Below are positions 19,239-40,756 of a DNA stretch of 64,000 bases, in pieces. A program made the position numbers and the translations under genes. The notes beneath the pieces are model-generated. The model was not told the DNA's origin. It worked only from the letters and a program-made list of their open reading frames with translations, and ran no database searches. The stretch is from NCBI RefSeq assembly GCF_009914755.1, contig NC_060941.1; one strand, written 5' to 3'. Within the stretch, counting starts at the first letter, position 1. Every line of letters begins with the position of its first letter. The DNA is from the human T2T-CHM13v2.0 reference genome, Homo sapiens.

Positions 19239-20443
19239 TCATGCTGTCTACTCTAAATATACACAATAAAATTTATTTTTTTTAAAGCATCACACGGGAT
19301 ATTCACTGTAACCCACTGAAATAACCTGAAAACAGTAGTCACACTCTCAATAAGCAACTTCATTTAATTCATTTCCCAGGAACCAGAAGATGCAGCTTCC
19401 TAAGCATTAAAGAAAGGAAGTGGCCCCACTGAGCAAACTCCTTGAAAATGAAAACACAAGTCGAAGTTGTGAGAAGCTGCAGAGTCACAAGGTACCCGCC
19501 TCTTCTCGAAGGTAAGCCATTTACAAGGTGGGCCTCAGCCGCAGGTGAGTCTCTTTCCCTTGCCTCCGTCTCATCTGCAATGAGAGGAGGGTTCCAACCC
19601 ACCCTGTGCGCAGAATCTGCTGCTGCCCTGGCAGCCTCTGGTGGGTATGTAGGGTGAGCTCAAGAAAGTGTTGCTATGTGGGGCTTGGGGTGCAGGTCAT
19701 GTGAGCACTCTTGCACGTGACCTCCAGGTGTGGTACATGGATTACATGGCCTCTTGCAGCAGATGCACATGGAGACAGTTCATCCACAGACCCAGCTTTA
19801 GTTTATGTCCCTCCCCCCTTACTAACTCTGACTGGGGGCAAACTAATTATTCTCCGAGCCCCATATCCTTGTCTGCAATAACAGCGTCAGCAATGCCAAC
19901 CTCACATAGTAAGGACAGTTGTGAAACAAACATCAGTCCCTCATCGTTCTACCTGGAGACACTGCAACACTGATACTCATAAATGAAGACACTACTTGAC
20001 ATCACACATACTTGCAGCCTTTGTTCCCCAGAAGGTTCCAGTACATGGTGATCTCACCCTCCAGTTGGGCCCTGATATCCAGCTGCTCCTGGTACTCCTG
20101 GCTCTGCCACTCTAGGTCAGCCTAACTCTTGGACAGCTGCTCTTCTACACTGCTGATGAGGCTCTGCAGCTGGGCCAGCTCCATGCCGTAGTGGTCCTCA
20201 GCTTCACACAGGGAGTGCTACAGACAGTCCTTCTGTAATACCAAGGAAAGGGAGAAGCAAGCTAAAATTCTTGGATCTCTGCCCTCAGCCTCTTAAGATT
20301 GTGACACCCCAAGACTGTGCCAGGTCCAGGAGCAATCTAACTCCCTTTGGCTGTCTTTAGCCAGAAGAACCAATGCTGTGTTACTTGTCTTCACAGTAGA
20401 CCTTTAAGATCAGAGCCCCCTCACCTGAGTTAATGTTGATTCA

Positions 20444-20692
<249 letters not shown>

Positions 20693-21194
20693 CTAGAGCA
20701 GGACATGGCCTGCAGGCTGATGCCTTCAGACTGGAGCACAGAGAGACACAATTACCTCCCTGCCCAGGTGGATGCCGAGTCCTCCCTACTCTGCAGCCTC
20801 CCTTCATCTGGGCTTGGAACCACTGCTCCACATCCTGGCAGCTGGTCTCCACCACGGCCTCATACTGGCCCCACATCTCCTCTGACTGCTCAGGTCCGCA
20901 GTGGGCTCAGTCCCCAACTCAATCCGGAGCTTGTCCTCTGCACTCCTCAGAGTGCAGGCTTCCTATGTACACAAAAAGAGCAGACTCTGCATTCATTCAG
21001 CCCTCCACCAAATGTCTTGCCCACCTGAAGCACAGCATGGTGACTGCTCAGGCACTGCACCCCAGGGGAGCAGCAGAGCCACCCCAGCAGCCCCCTTGTC
21101 AGCATCTCTCTCCATGTCTGAAATGATCTAATAATTATCTCTATTTTTACTTTATCACAAAGAGTGACACCCATACAGAGTTGCCTCTGTTTCA

Positions 21195-21544
<350 letters not shown>

Positions 21545-21560
<16 letters not shown>

Positions 21561-21641
21561 AGAAAGAGAGAGAGAGAGAGCAGGAAGGGAAGGGAAGAGA
21601 GAGAGAAAGAGAGAGAGAGAAATGAAGAAAGGAGAAGAGAG

Positions 21642-21708
<67 letters not shown>

Positions 21709-21731
21709 AGAAAAAAAGAAGAAAGAAAGAG

Positions 21732-21806
<75 letters not shown>

Positions 21807-21826
21807 AAAGAAAAAAGGAAAGAAAA
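21545..21826 (+). repeat. Polypurine (GAAA)n/(GA)n microsatellite, about 280 bp
   Basis: Read directly. Confidence 0.97.
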
Positions 21827-22690
21827 GCACATCAAAGAAACATGAATTCTAATCCTGGCTCTACCAATTGACAGTGTGACTTGGGGCAGTCACTTCCTTT
21901 CTCTGAACTTCCACGTCCTCATCTGTAAAATGACCCCTTTGTGAGTCCAAAAGCCCCTGATGTCTAATCCCTCTCTGAGTCCTTGAATCTATCATTTGAA
22001 TCATTTCCCACAGATAGGAAGAGACAGGGCTCTAGAATATTTTCTCCACATCTTTTCTGTATCTATTGCTGTTTCTTCTCTCTGAGCCTCAGTTTCCTCA
22101 TCCCTAAAATGAGAGAGTTGGACTGCCGATCCCTGTATGGTCTTTGCCAGCCCTGCTTTTACAAGATTTTGGGACCATGGGTCTTTAATCCAGGGCAGGG
22201 GAAAGGTCAGCCAAAGGGGAGAAGACTCTGCCTGGAGGGGAACAGCGCCCAAGTGCAAACCCAAGGAATGGATCTGTCGCTCTTCCTGGTCAACCCCCTG
22301 AAATTGGCCTCAGCCATTTCTTAGTTGCTTCTACCTGCTCACGGTTATTTTTCGAACACAGAAACTCCTCCCTTAGGGACTCTTACTGCACCTCCAGCTC
22401 TCCCTGGCGCAGACCCACATCACCCAGGAGCCTGTGCAGGCTGTTTATGTTGGTCTCCACTCATTGGCTGGGCCCAGCCCACTCTGACACTTGTCTAAAC
22501 AGTGGCAGATAAGCATCCAAGCCAGTGGCCTGTCTTTCAGCATGCCTCTCCATTTGCTCTTCTCAGGCCAGAGGCACTTGTACATCTGCTTTGATTGGGG
22601 GGATGTTTCTATACTAAATAAAATATGAAAATACTTATTGATCTTTCACTATCCACCAGATACTTTAGTGCACAATGAAAGACAGCAATT

Positions 22691-23112
22691 TGACAGAGCA
22701 GGAGCATCGCCATCTTAGACAAACACCACCATTTTAAGTTTCCCTTGATTAAAAAAAAAGTAGCCTAAATCCAGCCCCAAAATATCAGTCTAATAGCTAA
22801 TGTCAGCATAAACAGAAATATTCCAACCCTACGATAACCCCCCTCCAACCAGAAACATGCCAACCCCAAGATAGCTTCCCCTCTAACCAAAGACATTCCA
22901 ACCCCACAATAAATTTTTCCTCACGTAGAAACATTCCAAACCTATGATAAGCTCCCAGCTTCCTAAACCCTTAAATATCCTTAGTCTGTAAGAGAGAACA
23001 CTCCTAACTGAAATCAGCCAGAAGCCCCTCTCAGGTTTATTCTCCAAAATAAACCTGTCTTTGACTGTTGAGCCACTTTTCATGTTTCTTTCTTCTTTCT
23101 TTAACTCTTACA
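22691..23112 (+). mobile_element. Solo ERV LTR (LTR47-like, tentative)
   Basis: TG...CA ends, exact 5-bp TSD caatt (22686-22690 and 23113-23117), internal AATAAA near 23048. Confidence 0.85.
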
Positions 23113-25905
23113 CAATTAATACTACATGCTTAGGTAGAATGTGGTTTGGGTCTCAATGCCATCCTATGCCAGGTGTACCTTTGAGCAAGTTTCTTTCTCT
23201 GAGCCTCAACATCCTCATCTGTAAAATGAGGGTAACAATTCTTAGCTCACGAGGTTGTTGTGAAGATGGAATAAACTACATTCAGCACTTTGGTGTAGTC
23301 TTAAACATTGTGAACACTCACTAATGCCACTGTGACTGTTGAGACCCAACCCTGTCCTTCAGGAGCTGACTTAATTCTTGATTAGGGCTCAATCTTAATC
23401 AAACACATCTTAAATTACCCCTAAAATTCTTTGGGACTGAATCTTTTTATTAATACTTCTTAGGTCAGTGGAAACATTTCCTTGGAGGGATTCTTTTCAA
23501 AGGCTGCCCCTCCTTTGCTTCCTCCACAGAGACCTGTACCTGACACAAAAGAGATGGACAGAGTACCAGGGAGCAGCAGTTCCCAGCTCCTGTCAGACTC
23601 TCTCTGTCCTAAAGTTGTCACAGCTATTTTCACATTGTCCACCTGGACAGCCAACCAAGCATTCCCTACCCTCCTGGGTGAGATCTGAGAATGAGAAACA
23701 CCATGCTTCACAAGGATGCTCTCCATGGAATTCTCCCCAGGCCCTAAAATGAATGAAAAAAAATGTGATCTGAGCCACATGGGGACGTTTCCATCTTTCC
23801 TTATGGTGGATTTTTAAGCATCAAGTATCCAAGGGTTTGCTCCCATCTGTAACGAAACTGGCTGCGCTCTGGGATACAGATGGGGTTTCACTTCTCACTC
23901 TACTGTGGGCTCCATTGGTCAGGTCTGGGCAGCAGTGAGGGGGTTGAAGGGATAGCCCCTTGGACTGAAACCCAGCTCTGCACAGCCAAGACATGCTTCT
24001 GGTTCACTCACCCTCCCTTTTTCTCCTCATCCACTTCCTCAAAGGCACCAACACAGTGGTTAAGTGGACCTGTGTCACGCAGCTTGGCAGTTTACCAGCT
24101 CTGAGACTTTAGGCATAGCTTCTAACCCCCTGAAGCTTAAAATCTTCCCATCTGTAAAATGGAAAACATGATTCTATCTGCTTCATCAAATCCTTGTAAG
24201 GATTAAATGCAACCAAGCATATATGTTTAGCAAAGCTTCTGACATCTAGTGAGCTCTTAATAAAGGTGCTCTATTCTTTTTAGATAAAATAGAAATAATA
24301 ATATCCACCTTAGAGGATTGTTGAAATGGTTCAAAGAAAAAAGGTATGTGAAAATTCCCAGTTCAGGTTTGACATTTAGTAGAATCAAGGATGATTTCAG
24401 AAATATTATAACCACTGTTGGCAGCAATCTAAAAGGAGATGTGGAAACAGCCACAGAGACAGACTGCTACATCCCAGCTGAATATCAGCACTTAATGGAA
24501 AATACTAAATAAATGTGATTAATTTTTTAAAAATGAAGTTAGGTTGTTCATCCTTTCCACCATCTTGTACAGAACAGGAACTCCAAAACAAATAGAAAGA
24601 TGAGAATGCCACAAGAGATGTTCAGATATGCGGCTGTGGGTTATTCCATGGAAGGCAAAATCCATCCCAGGGGTATTAGCTTCTAGAGAGGATTCCAGGA
24701 GGTGGGGAATATCACCTGGGTTTTGAAGCCCAACTAGAATTTGGCCATGCAAAGATGAGAAAGAAAGCACTACACATGTGAACAAACATTTTGTGAGTGA
24801 CAACGCAGTTTGACAGAAGCATAGGGCAAGTGACAAAGCAGTTTGATAGAAGCACAGGATGTTTGCAGAAGATTAGAAAGAGGTAAGCTACAAAAAAAAG
24901 TGAGGCTGAGAACATGGCAGCCTTGAATGCCAGGCTAAAGAGCTGAGGCTTCATTTTGTAGGCACTGTCTGCTCCCCAGCACCCAGCGATGCAATCACTC
25001 ATTGCTGGTGCTCAATAACTAGTGAGTGAATGGTGGCATGTCCTTAAATAAGGCAGGATCTGGATTGTGAAGAAATAAATCCATATCCCACTCACAGTCC
25101 TCTCATTGCAGACATCAGCAATGATGCTTGTTGAATGGAACTGGTTGTAGAACCAAGTCGTTGGGCCCTTGACATCACAGTTTATTTCTGGCACCTTCAA
25201 TCCATCTTTATGAACATTCATGGACTGTCATCCCCCCAGGCAACCCCTCCAATTCTCCCATCACCAATCCTCAGCCCTCTCTTTCCATGCCACTGACACC
25301 AGAGCTCAAGGTCTCATCTTACTTTTTGTTGGAGCTCCTTAATGGTCTCAAAGTGTGAGCAGTAATTGGAGCATATGTCAGGGCACTGCCGTTTGCTCCG
25401 CTGCTGGCTCTCAGCACCACCCCTGCTTCTCATTCTCCTGCTCCAACTGCTGCAACTTCTGCAAGCAGTTGGCCAGGCACTCACTTAAGAACTGCATGAT
25501 CCCTTTCCCACTGCTGCTGAGGATGTCTTCACTGAACCAGCCACAGGTGCCCATACTGGCAGGGATGTTCCTGGTCCCTGGCAGAGGACAGGCAGAGTGA
25601 CTGCTGGCAGGGCCAGGCTGGACTGACTGTGAGCCACAGGTTCTAAGGAGATGGCTACTAGGTTGGTGACTCTCTTACAGGTGGGCCCCAGTCTTAATAC
25701 TGGGATCTACAGACATTGGGTACAGAGTTTCTAGAGTGGTTTCTGGCCACAGCCTGTCTGGAGCAAGGAGGCTTCAAATGGCTCTTGCCAAAGCTTGAGG
25801 AGCAGGGATTTCTGCTTTAACTAGAAGCCATGGTCCTAGACAGTTGAGTTGCAGATTGGTGACAAGGGCCAGGTGCTCAGGTGTGAGTGTTTCCTCACCC
25901 AGAGC

Positions 25906-25912
25906 TTTTATT
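25906..25912 (-). promoter_or_regulatory. Decayed TATA-like box of the pseudogene (AATAAAA)
   Basis: About 75 nt upstream of the relic ATG, similar spacing to the TATA boxes of the intact genes. Confidence 0.4.
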
Positions 25913-26444
25913 CACCTGCCATAGGAGCAGATGTGATACACAAGCTTTCCCCCAATGAATCCTCATTTGTTCTGCCATCAGAACAACCCATCAGCAGTTA
26001 TTCAGTCCTCAGAAGTAGCTCCCCACTTTATGAAAGAAAGGGCTGACTTTGGACTTCTTGTTACTGCCTTCTGTTGTGAAAAGAAATGTTAAATGTTTTC
26101 TCTTTAGAGATGCCCCATTGAAAAGTTAGACTTTGTTCCTTGAGTGACTATCTGGCCTCTCTCTAGGAATGGCATTGGCTCTAAGATGAATCGTCCTCTC
26201 CACTGACCTTCAACACCCAAAAAAGTAAAATTCTCTGATAAGAGCCTCAGGAATCCCTAAAGAGCAATAGAGCAAAGACTGCTAGGTTATTAGAACTAAA
26301 GAAAACTTCCAAGTACTAATTCAACCTTTCGTGCTTCAGAGACCAGAGAAGGACAGTGAGCTCCCCAGGGATGCCAAGCAAATCAGATACAGAGCCAGGA
26401 CTGGTCCCAGGGCCCCTAGCACATTCTGTTTCCTCTGCACCAAG

Positions 26445-26665
26445 ATGGACAAGCTTTTTCTGTTAAAAAGACAGATGCTAAATATTTTAGGCTTTGCAAG
26501 TCGTATACTCTCTTTGTACTGCAACTACTTAGCTCTGCCATTGTAGCACAAAGCAGACATAGACAACAGGGAAATGAATGGGTGTGGCTATGCTCCAATA
26601 AAACTTGATTTACCAAAACAAGTAGCAGCGGGGTTTGACCTGTGAGCTGTAGTTGCCATCCCTGC
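26445..26665. mobile_element. MER58-like hAT DNA transposon
   Basis: ctttttctgttaaaaagacagatgctaaatattttaggctttgc...gtagttgccatccctg. Confidence 0.7.
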
Positions 26666-27445
26666 TTCACACAGCACAGTGAATGAGGCTTAAAAATTGG
26701 ACCCCTTAAGCATGTGGGAGACCTTCAGTCTGCTCTGGAGCCAGAGGGCTGGGCAGAGGGAGGGCACCTGGGAATGGATGGTGAACTCCAGGACTGGACG
26801 CCGAGCCTCAGACACCAGGGCCTTCACTCTACCAGGGCATTTACACCAAGACTGGAAGTTCATCCAATGCTCTTAGAGCAAAGCAAAGCTACCCATATGT
26901 TGTTGTTGCTGCTGCTGCTGCTGTTGTTGTTTCTGAAACTTGGGCTTCAGAATGGCTCCAAAATATGACTCAGCTGCCATTGTAATTGGGGAAAGTCAGA
27001 AGAGAAGAGAAATTTGTTGCCAAAGCATGTTTTCTTTACTCAACATTCATCAGGCACCTACAATATGCCAGGCATCATGACAGGCATTTTTATATGTACT
27101 ATATCCCAACAACTCTGTGAAAAAGGTAGAATTACTCCCATTTCTAAAGGGGAGAAGACTGAGATGCGTAGAGATTAAGAGTTCTGCCAAAATCACACAG
27201 CACATTAGCAGCAGAACTGGGGGTCTAGCCCAGTTTTTCTGAAGCCAAAGGCACTGATCTTCTCCATTAATCCTAGATGCTCATTGGTGACTTTGTTTAC
27301 ATATTATGATTAAGGGACACTGCTATTTAAATACAAATTTGTCTTGATCAGTTGGGCAAAAAGATAGACATCAAATGATCTTAGGAACTTTCTGTTTAGC
27401 CGAATTGATATCATTGCATTCAAGTGTTACATTTTATGAAATACA

Positions 27446-27742
27446 GGCCGGGTGCAGTGGCTCACGCCTGTAATCCCAGCAGTTTGGAAGGCCAAGGTGG
27501 GTGAATCACCTGAGGTCAAGAGTTCGAGACCAGCCTGGCCAACATGGTGAAACCCCATTTCTACTAAAAATACAAAAATTAGCCGGGCGTGGTGGCATGT
27601 GCCTGTGGTCCTAGCTACTCAGGAGGCTGAGGCACAAGAATCACTTGAACCCAGGAGGCAGAGGTTGCAGTGAGCCAAGATCATGCCACTGCACTCCAGC
27701 CTGGGCTACAGGGCGAGACTCTCTCTCCAAAAGAAAAAAAAA
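27446..27742 (+). mobile_element. Alu (AluS-type)
   Basis: Full dimer; TSD ttatgaaataca. Confidence 0.95.
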
Positions 27743-29129
27743 TTATGAAATACAAAAAGAATATTGTTTTATTATTAATGATTTTCCTGGTTATACCCTG
27801 GAAGAGGCATATTCTTTTTTTGATCACTCTCTAAAAGGTTTCCTAATATAGTGGTGAAGAAAGATTCAGTCAGTGCAATTCAGAGTCCACACACAGCCCC
27901 AACTCCCAGATGCCAAACCCAACTCCTGGATCTTTCGGGAAGCTGTCGCCCTCTGGCCAGTCTTCCTTGAATGGCAGTTCTGCCCATGGGCCCTCACTCT
28001 CACCCCCAAAAGAGGGTGCTTTGCACTAGGGCAGTGAGCAGCAGGGGTGAGGCCCAAACTCTTGAATAGCCTTGGGGAAAGTGGTGTCTTTAAAAAGCAC
28101 ACCCTTTTCTTTTCCAATCCCGCTCAGAGAGGATCCCTGATACCTGTGAGGGTTTCTCCAAAACATCAAATATGACAGAGGTTTTATGACTTGACCAGGG
28201 TCCTGCCTACATTTCCCTATAAACTCTTCCCCTATAAAGAGTTAATTAGATGCAAATGCTTTGATATGAGGAGAGAGTTCCTCTGAGAATCTCCATGAGT
28301 GGTACACTGAGTCCAGTTCCCAGGAGATTCCGGTGCTGGTGGGGGATAAATATCTCCCAAAGTCTATGCCCACGGCTTCTTCATCCATCAAATAAGAGAC
28401 AGGCTAGGCAGGAGGGTAGCTCGTGACACCTCTGGCTTGAAGTACCATCCAGACACAGAAGATGATGGGCCTCACTTCTAGCAGAGGAGGGTACTCCTGG
28501 CCCTGGGCTGTGGGGCTTGGTTTCATATAAAAAGCTTTAACAGTCATCTTGGGAGTCAGACAGGTCTTGGCAAGTGGGAAAGACACACAGGTGTGGGAAT
28601 GGGGACTGAGTTGGACTGAAACAATATGCACTGGGGAAACGGAGACTCTGGAAGTCCCCAGGGGGTCCAGGGTCCAGGACTTCTGGCCCACAACTCCTGT
28701 GCAATCATTCCTGCTGAGGCTCTGGGCTGCAGCTCAAGGTCTTTGCTCTTACTGAGCCCAGTGCTCAAAGAAGGAGGAGATGCTGAGTCTGGTAGTTGCT
28801 AGCGATGCTTTTTAAGAGAACTATATTCCCAGGAAGAAGTTTCAGCTTCTCAGAGAAAATGTCTCCCTTCTTTGGGAAATGAAAGAAAAGGAAAGGGGAA
28901 ATATGTATTAGCCTGAAACAATAATAAACCTAGGGTGCTTGGAGAAAGCATAAAGTGCTTGGAGAGACCTAAGAGGCTTGGCGTCAAAACCCTTGGCTTC
29001 AATTCCCACCTGTTGGTTGTGTCTGTGAGCACATCTGTCCACCTCCCTGGGTCTGAGATGACTCTTCTGTAAAACTGGGAAAGCTGAGCCAGATCATCTG
29101 GAAGGCTCCTTCTAGTTCTGACAGTCTAA

Positions 29130-29320
29130 GACAGCTCTGTCCAGTAGAACTTTCTGCAGTGTTGGAAATAGTCCATGTCTGTGTTGTCTTATTTACTACC
29201 ACTTAGCCACGTGTGACGAGTGCAACTCAGTGCAATTCAGTATATGAAACATTCATATACCGAATGTTTCAGTATATGCAGCCACATGTCGTTATGAACT
29301 ACCATATTGGACAGAACAGG
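29130..29320. mobile_element. MER3-like hAT DNA transposon
   Basis: cagctctgtccagtagaactttctgc ... ccatattggacagaacag terminal inverted repeats. Confidence 0.65.
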
Positions 29321-31661
29321 TCTAGGATTATAGAACCAAAGCTTTGGTCTGTTCTGCGTGTTGTTTATCAAGCTGAGCACATTCCAGAAAAGTTTTGCAC
29401 CGGGGTTGAAATTAAAGATTGCTGGTTTGCACGCAGTTATGAGAAAATTCAATTAGCCAGAACCCCTCTCTCTTGGCATTTCAGCTCCTTGAAATTTTAC
29501 CCATCCATCAACCAGGAACCACAGCTTGCTAAGCAGTATGTTCATGTCCCTGCTGTCAGGCTAATGACCTTGTCTGCCAGGGATGCCTGCAGGATCATGT
29601 CTGGAGAGCAGCCTGCAGGCAGCTTCAGGATCCAATCCATTTTTCATCATTTCTTGGCAAGGCCAGAGGGAGGATACTTAATAGAAACATCATCTCAGCT
29701 CCTTAAGGAAGAACTGTGTGTTTGGAGGGTGAGGTTCAGAAAGGTGTTCAAGATTCCTGTCCCCAGCTCTCTCCTCTTTACCTGCCATGGCCAATCCATT
29801 GCCAAGTCAGGTCCATCACAGTGTCTCTTAGATTGATTCCTTATTTTTCCATGGTCCCTGACATTGTCTTACCTGAGACCCTGTTAGCTTCTTCCACAGC
29901 CTAACCCCTCCTCTTAGCTATCCTGTCTGTGTTACTTGGTGATACTTTCTAAGATGCCACTCAAGTCATGTCATCTTTGGGCTCAAATCCTGCAGCAGCC
30001 CTCCCATTGCCTTCAGGATAGAGTCCAGAATCCAGGCTCTTTGTGGGGTACCCAAGGCCCCCCTACTCTCTGATGCCTTTCTACCATTTGAGCTTCATCC
30101 CCATCAGCCTCTCACAGGAACTCACTGCTCCAGCCAGCAAGACCCCTGAGGCCTTCCAAGCATGACCCCCTGCTCTCCTGAAGATCCCCACACACTTACT
30201 TGCCTATCTGGTGCCCTGTAGACCTTCTATTCAACCTCCAAGACCTATTTCAAACGCCACCAGCTACAAGAAGCCTTTCAGATCCTCTCAGCTTAAGACT
30301 TTCTCCAAATCTTGACTAGTGTTTACTCTTTCTGGGTAGGAATTTGGCAGTTAGAATGGTTAAAATAACACTGCTGTGAAGCTAGACTTGGGTTTAAGTC
30401 TTTGTCCTTGCATGTAACCTTCAACAACTAACTTGACCACTCTATGCCTCCATTTCCATGTCTAAAATGGATACCATGTGTACCTTACAAGGTGGTCATG
30501 AAAACTGCATAAGTTAATTTATGTAATATGCTCCACACAGTACTCGGTGCATTATAAGTGCTCAAGAATTAGTAACCGTTGCCATTATTACTATTATTAC
30601 TGTTACTATTATATGGCCCTTATGAAGAAAGGAGTGGCATCTTATGCACATGGGTCTTAGCTCCTCCTGTAATTACAAGTGTTTGAATGGTGGTGATCAC
30701 TTGCATTTTTAATACCCCCTGCACCCAGCTGTAGTTTGCAAATAGTGAGGACTGTGAATGTGAATCGGTTGAGCATCTCTAGAGCCCAAAGGCCTCGATT
30801 TCAGTCCTGGGTCTGCCACTAACAAGCTGTGTGACTTTGGGCAAGTTTCTTAACTTCTCTGGGCCTCAGTTTCCTCATTTACAAAATGGATGCAATAATG
30901 GCATATTTTTCACGGATTGTTGCAAGGATTAAATGAAGCATTACTAACAATGTGTCTGGGAACTCTTCCTTGGATTAGCCAGCCTCTAATGCAGAACCTG
31001 CACCCAGTAGCTGCTCAGTGAAGATATTTTGAAAGAATGAATGATCACATTGTACCAGCTGTAATGAGATTTAGGGGTGGGTTTATTATGATATGATTCT
31101 CAATTACAGTAATTTGGCCTAGGTTTCTGGCATAATTATCTCCCTCCTCTCTTTATTCTTTTATTACTTGGCTCTAGAGTAATTGATTAGTTTTAACTGG
31201 TTTATGGCATGCGGGCCCTTTTAGTGAACACCTCTCAAGCCTCTATGGAAGCAGAAGGAGCATAAAAATAAATACAGAATTTGCCCACGTTCCTCTTAAG
31301 CCCAATTGAGTAGGATTGGCTTGTGGATGCAGCAGCGTAAGTGACAAACAGAGACAGACATGTTTGCAAGGCCACTGAGTACAGCTCTATTTGCCAGTTA
31401 ACTAAGAACACACGCTCTTTGAGGCAGCACAGACAACCAGAAACATCACCAAAGAGAACAGTTCACCCATGGAAAAAAGAGGCAGTTTTGAAGTGATGAG
31501 GGCTTAAGTATCCCCTGGAGTATCAGAGCTTGTTGCAGGTGATCCACGGTCCTGCTCAGGGTCTTCCTTGCTGACCGGGGCTGGCCCTGCTCTTCTGGTG
31601 GCCACTGAATACCAGGCTGCCCAGCCCCAGGCCCTCCAGGATCCACTGGCACAAAGGGACT

Positions 31662-38907
<7,246 letters not shown>

Positions 38908-38945
38908 CTACCTGGATGTCTCCAGACCCCATGCCGCCCGGGCCA

Positions 38946-38952
38946 TTTTATG
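38946..38952 (-). promoter_or_regulatory. KRT32 variant TATA box (CATAAAA)
   Basis: ttttatg on +, about 70 nt upstream of ATG; no TATAAA nearby. Confidence 0.65.
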
Positions 38953-39143
38953 CCCTTGCAGTGAGGGGGCTCATGATAGAAATTCATCATTGGGTGGTGT
39001 TGATGTTTACACCCAGCCCCAGAGGAAGCTGCTAATTAATTTGTAATTTGGTTTCCAATAAAAGAGGCCAAACTTATCATTTGGCTAAAGCAGGAGTCTG
39101 GGTTCCTGTCATTGATCACCATGAGAGAGCTTCAGGACACATC

Positions 39144-39150
39144 TTCAAAG
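39144..39150 (-). promoter_or_regulatory. LEF1/TCF motif CTTTGAA in KRT32 promoter
   Basis: ttcaaag on +, about 190 nt upstream of the CATAAAA box. Confidence 0.65.
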
Positions 39151-39507
39151 GGTCAGCCGCATGCCTGGGCCCTCATTACTAGGGTGGGCCCTCCAGGAGA
39201 CTGCCACAACCCAGCCTGTGCCTCCACTGGCTTTGCCCACTGCACCCCCGCCTGCTCTAGCCCTGAGAAGCCTGCAGGTCTGTGCAGCAGTGGCTGCCTC
39301 TTTTAATGAAAGCATTCCCCATGGGAAGAGGCCTGGCTATTTAACAAGGAAATGTGTGGGTGGTAGAAACTGCTCCGATGCTGGCAGCGGCATAAATCCA
39401 GCAGAAAGGAACAGGAACCTCAGAGGCTTCCTAACAGACATCATCTTCCTGCCAAGAGGAAGAAAATAATATCAGTGGGGAGAGAATGAACTCAAGACAT
39501 AGGCAGC

Positions 39508-39721
39508 ATCACTTCTCAGCCTTTTGGCTAAGATCAAGTCTGGTATCTGTTCTTATCGTCTTAATATCTGATACGTCCTCCATCTGAGGACAACATATTA
39601 AATGGATTTTGGGAGCAGGGAGATGCAATAAGAGCTTGCTCTGTTCACTCTACATGTTGACCTGGTATTGCAGTACCTCCAGGAATGCTGCACCCCTTCA
39701 AAAGGCAAAAAAAAAAAAAAA
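39508..39721 (+). pseudogene. Full-length U2 snRNA retropseudogene with poly(A) tail
   Basis: atcacttctcagccttttggctaagatcaag...tatctgttcttatc...gacctggtattgcagtacctccaggaatgctgcaccc follows U2 end to end with substitutions; A-run at about 39707-39721. Confidence 0.95.
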
Positions 39722-40756
39722 GAGAGACCCAAACAGAAGCCTAAGAATCAGGTACATCTTTCCAGTTGGTCTCTTCCTCTTGGAAAAGTCCATATCATGA
39801 ACATCTCCAGGTGGCAGCTGCTCTATCTTGACCCCCTCTGGACCATCCATTCAATTATCACTGCACCATATACACAATTGTCAAGTGCTCAATAATTGTT
39901 TGTTGAACAGACTGGGAATAGTTGGAACAGGTTCTACTTTTACTTTCTGTTGTGGCAGATGGGAAGGCTCACTTCAGGATCTCAGACTATGGAAGCAGTG
40001 TGAATCCACTCCCTTGGGAAAGGATGTTCTATAGCCCTGGAATGAGCTAAGCCAGGAGACAGGGAGCATATTTGCCCAACTATAGAAGCCCTGGGCATTC
40101 ACTTAAGAAGGCAACATGCTAGAGCAGTGGTTTTCAGTCCTGGCTGCAAAAGCTGTGAGCTTCACATTTAGTATGTGTGTGCTATATAGCCACTTTTTTA
40201 TTCAGTAATCTTCTTGATATAATTTTGGGGTATAAGTACTTGCCTTATGTTTCACATATTCCCAGAAATGTCAGTACAAGAACAGGAAAGGGAAAATGCC
40301 ACCCAGCTCATTCATTGCATAAGAAAAGGAGAGCGTAGATATACTGCCTCTGACTTGCCATTTGGCCTTGGGAAAGTAATTTTGTCTCTCCAGACCTCAG
40401 TTTCTTCATGCCAATCGAGGGGGTCAGATCAAATACTCTCACAATTTGATTCTCTGCAACAACTACAAATTCCAGTACCTTGTCTGGATTACCTATTTAG
40501 AGAAGATTATAGCATCAGATGGAAGGAGGTGTGATGGCAATACCAACTACAAGGGATGAGACTCATCAGGCCACCCTTCAGAATCATAGCCAGCACTTGT
40601 GGAATGTATACAAATACCAGGCATGGTGCTGAGTGCTTGGCATTAATTTGCCCATTTAATCCTCTCACCCAAAAACTATAATTATTATAATAAGGCGTTA
40701 TCAGTCACTCTCAGCATCAACCTGACTCAGGAACATGTTAGAAATGTGAGTTTTCA

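Noticed and set aside
19480-19535. Possible exon 7 relic of the pseudogene near ag|gcccaccttgtaaatgg
   Set aside because: Only a few codons resemble LPCNP; too weak to call
28519-28535. ggtttcatataaaa shared with about 44862, as plus-strand TATA boxes
   Set aside because: Isolated 14-mer with no further similarity or downstream exon evidence
29213-29836. 207-aa plus-strand ORF
   Set aside because: GTG start, overlaps a MER3-like element, no recognisable domain or splice context
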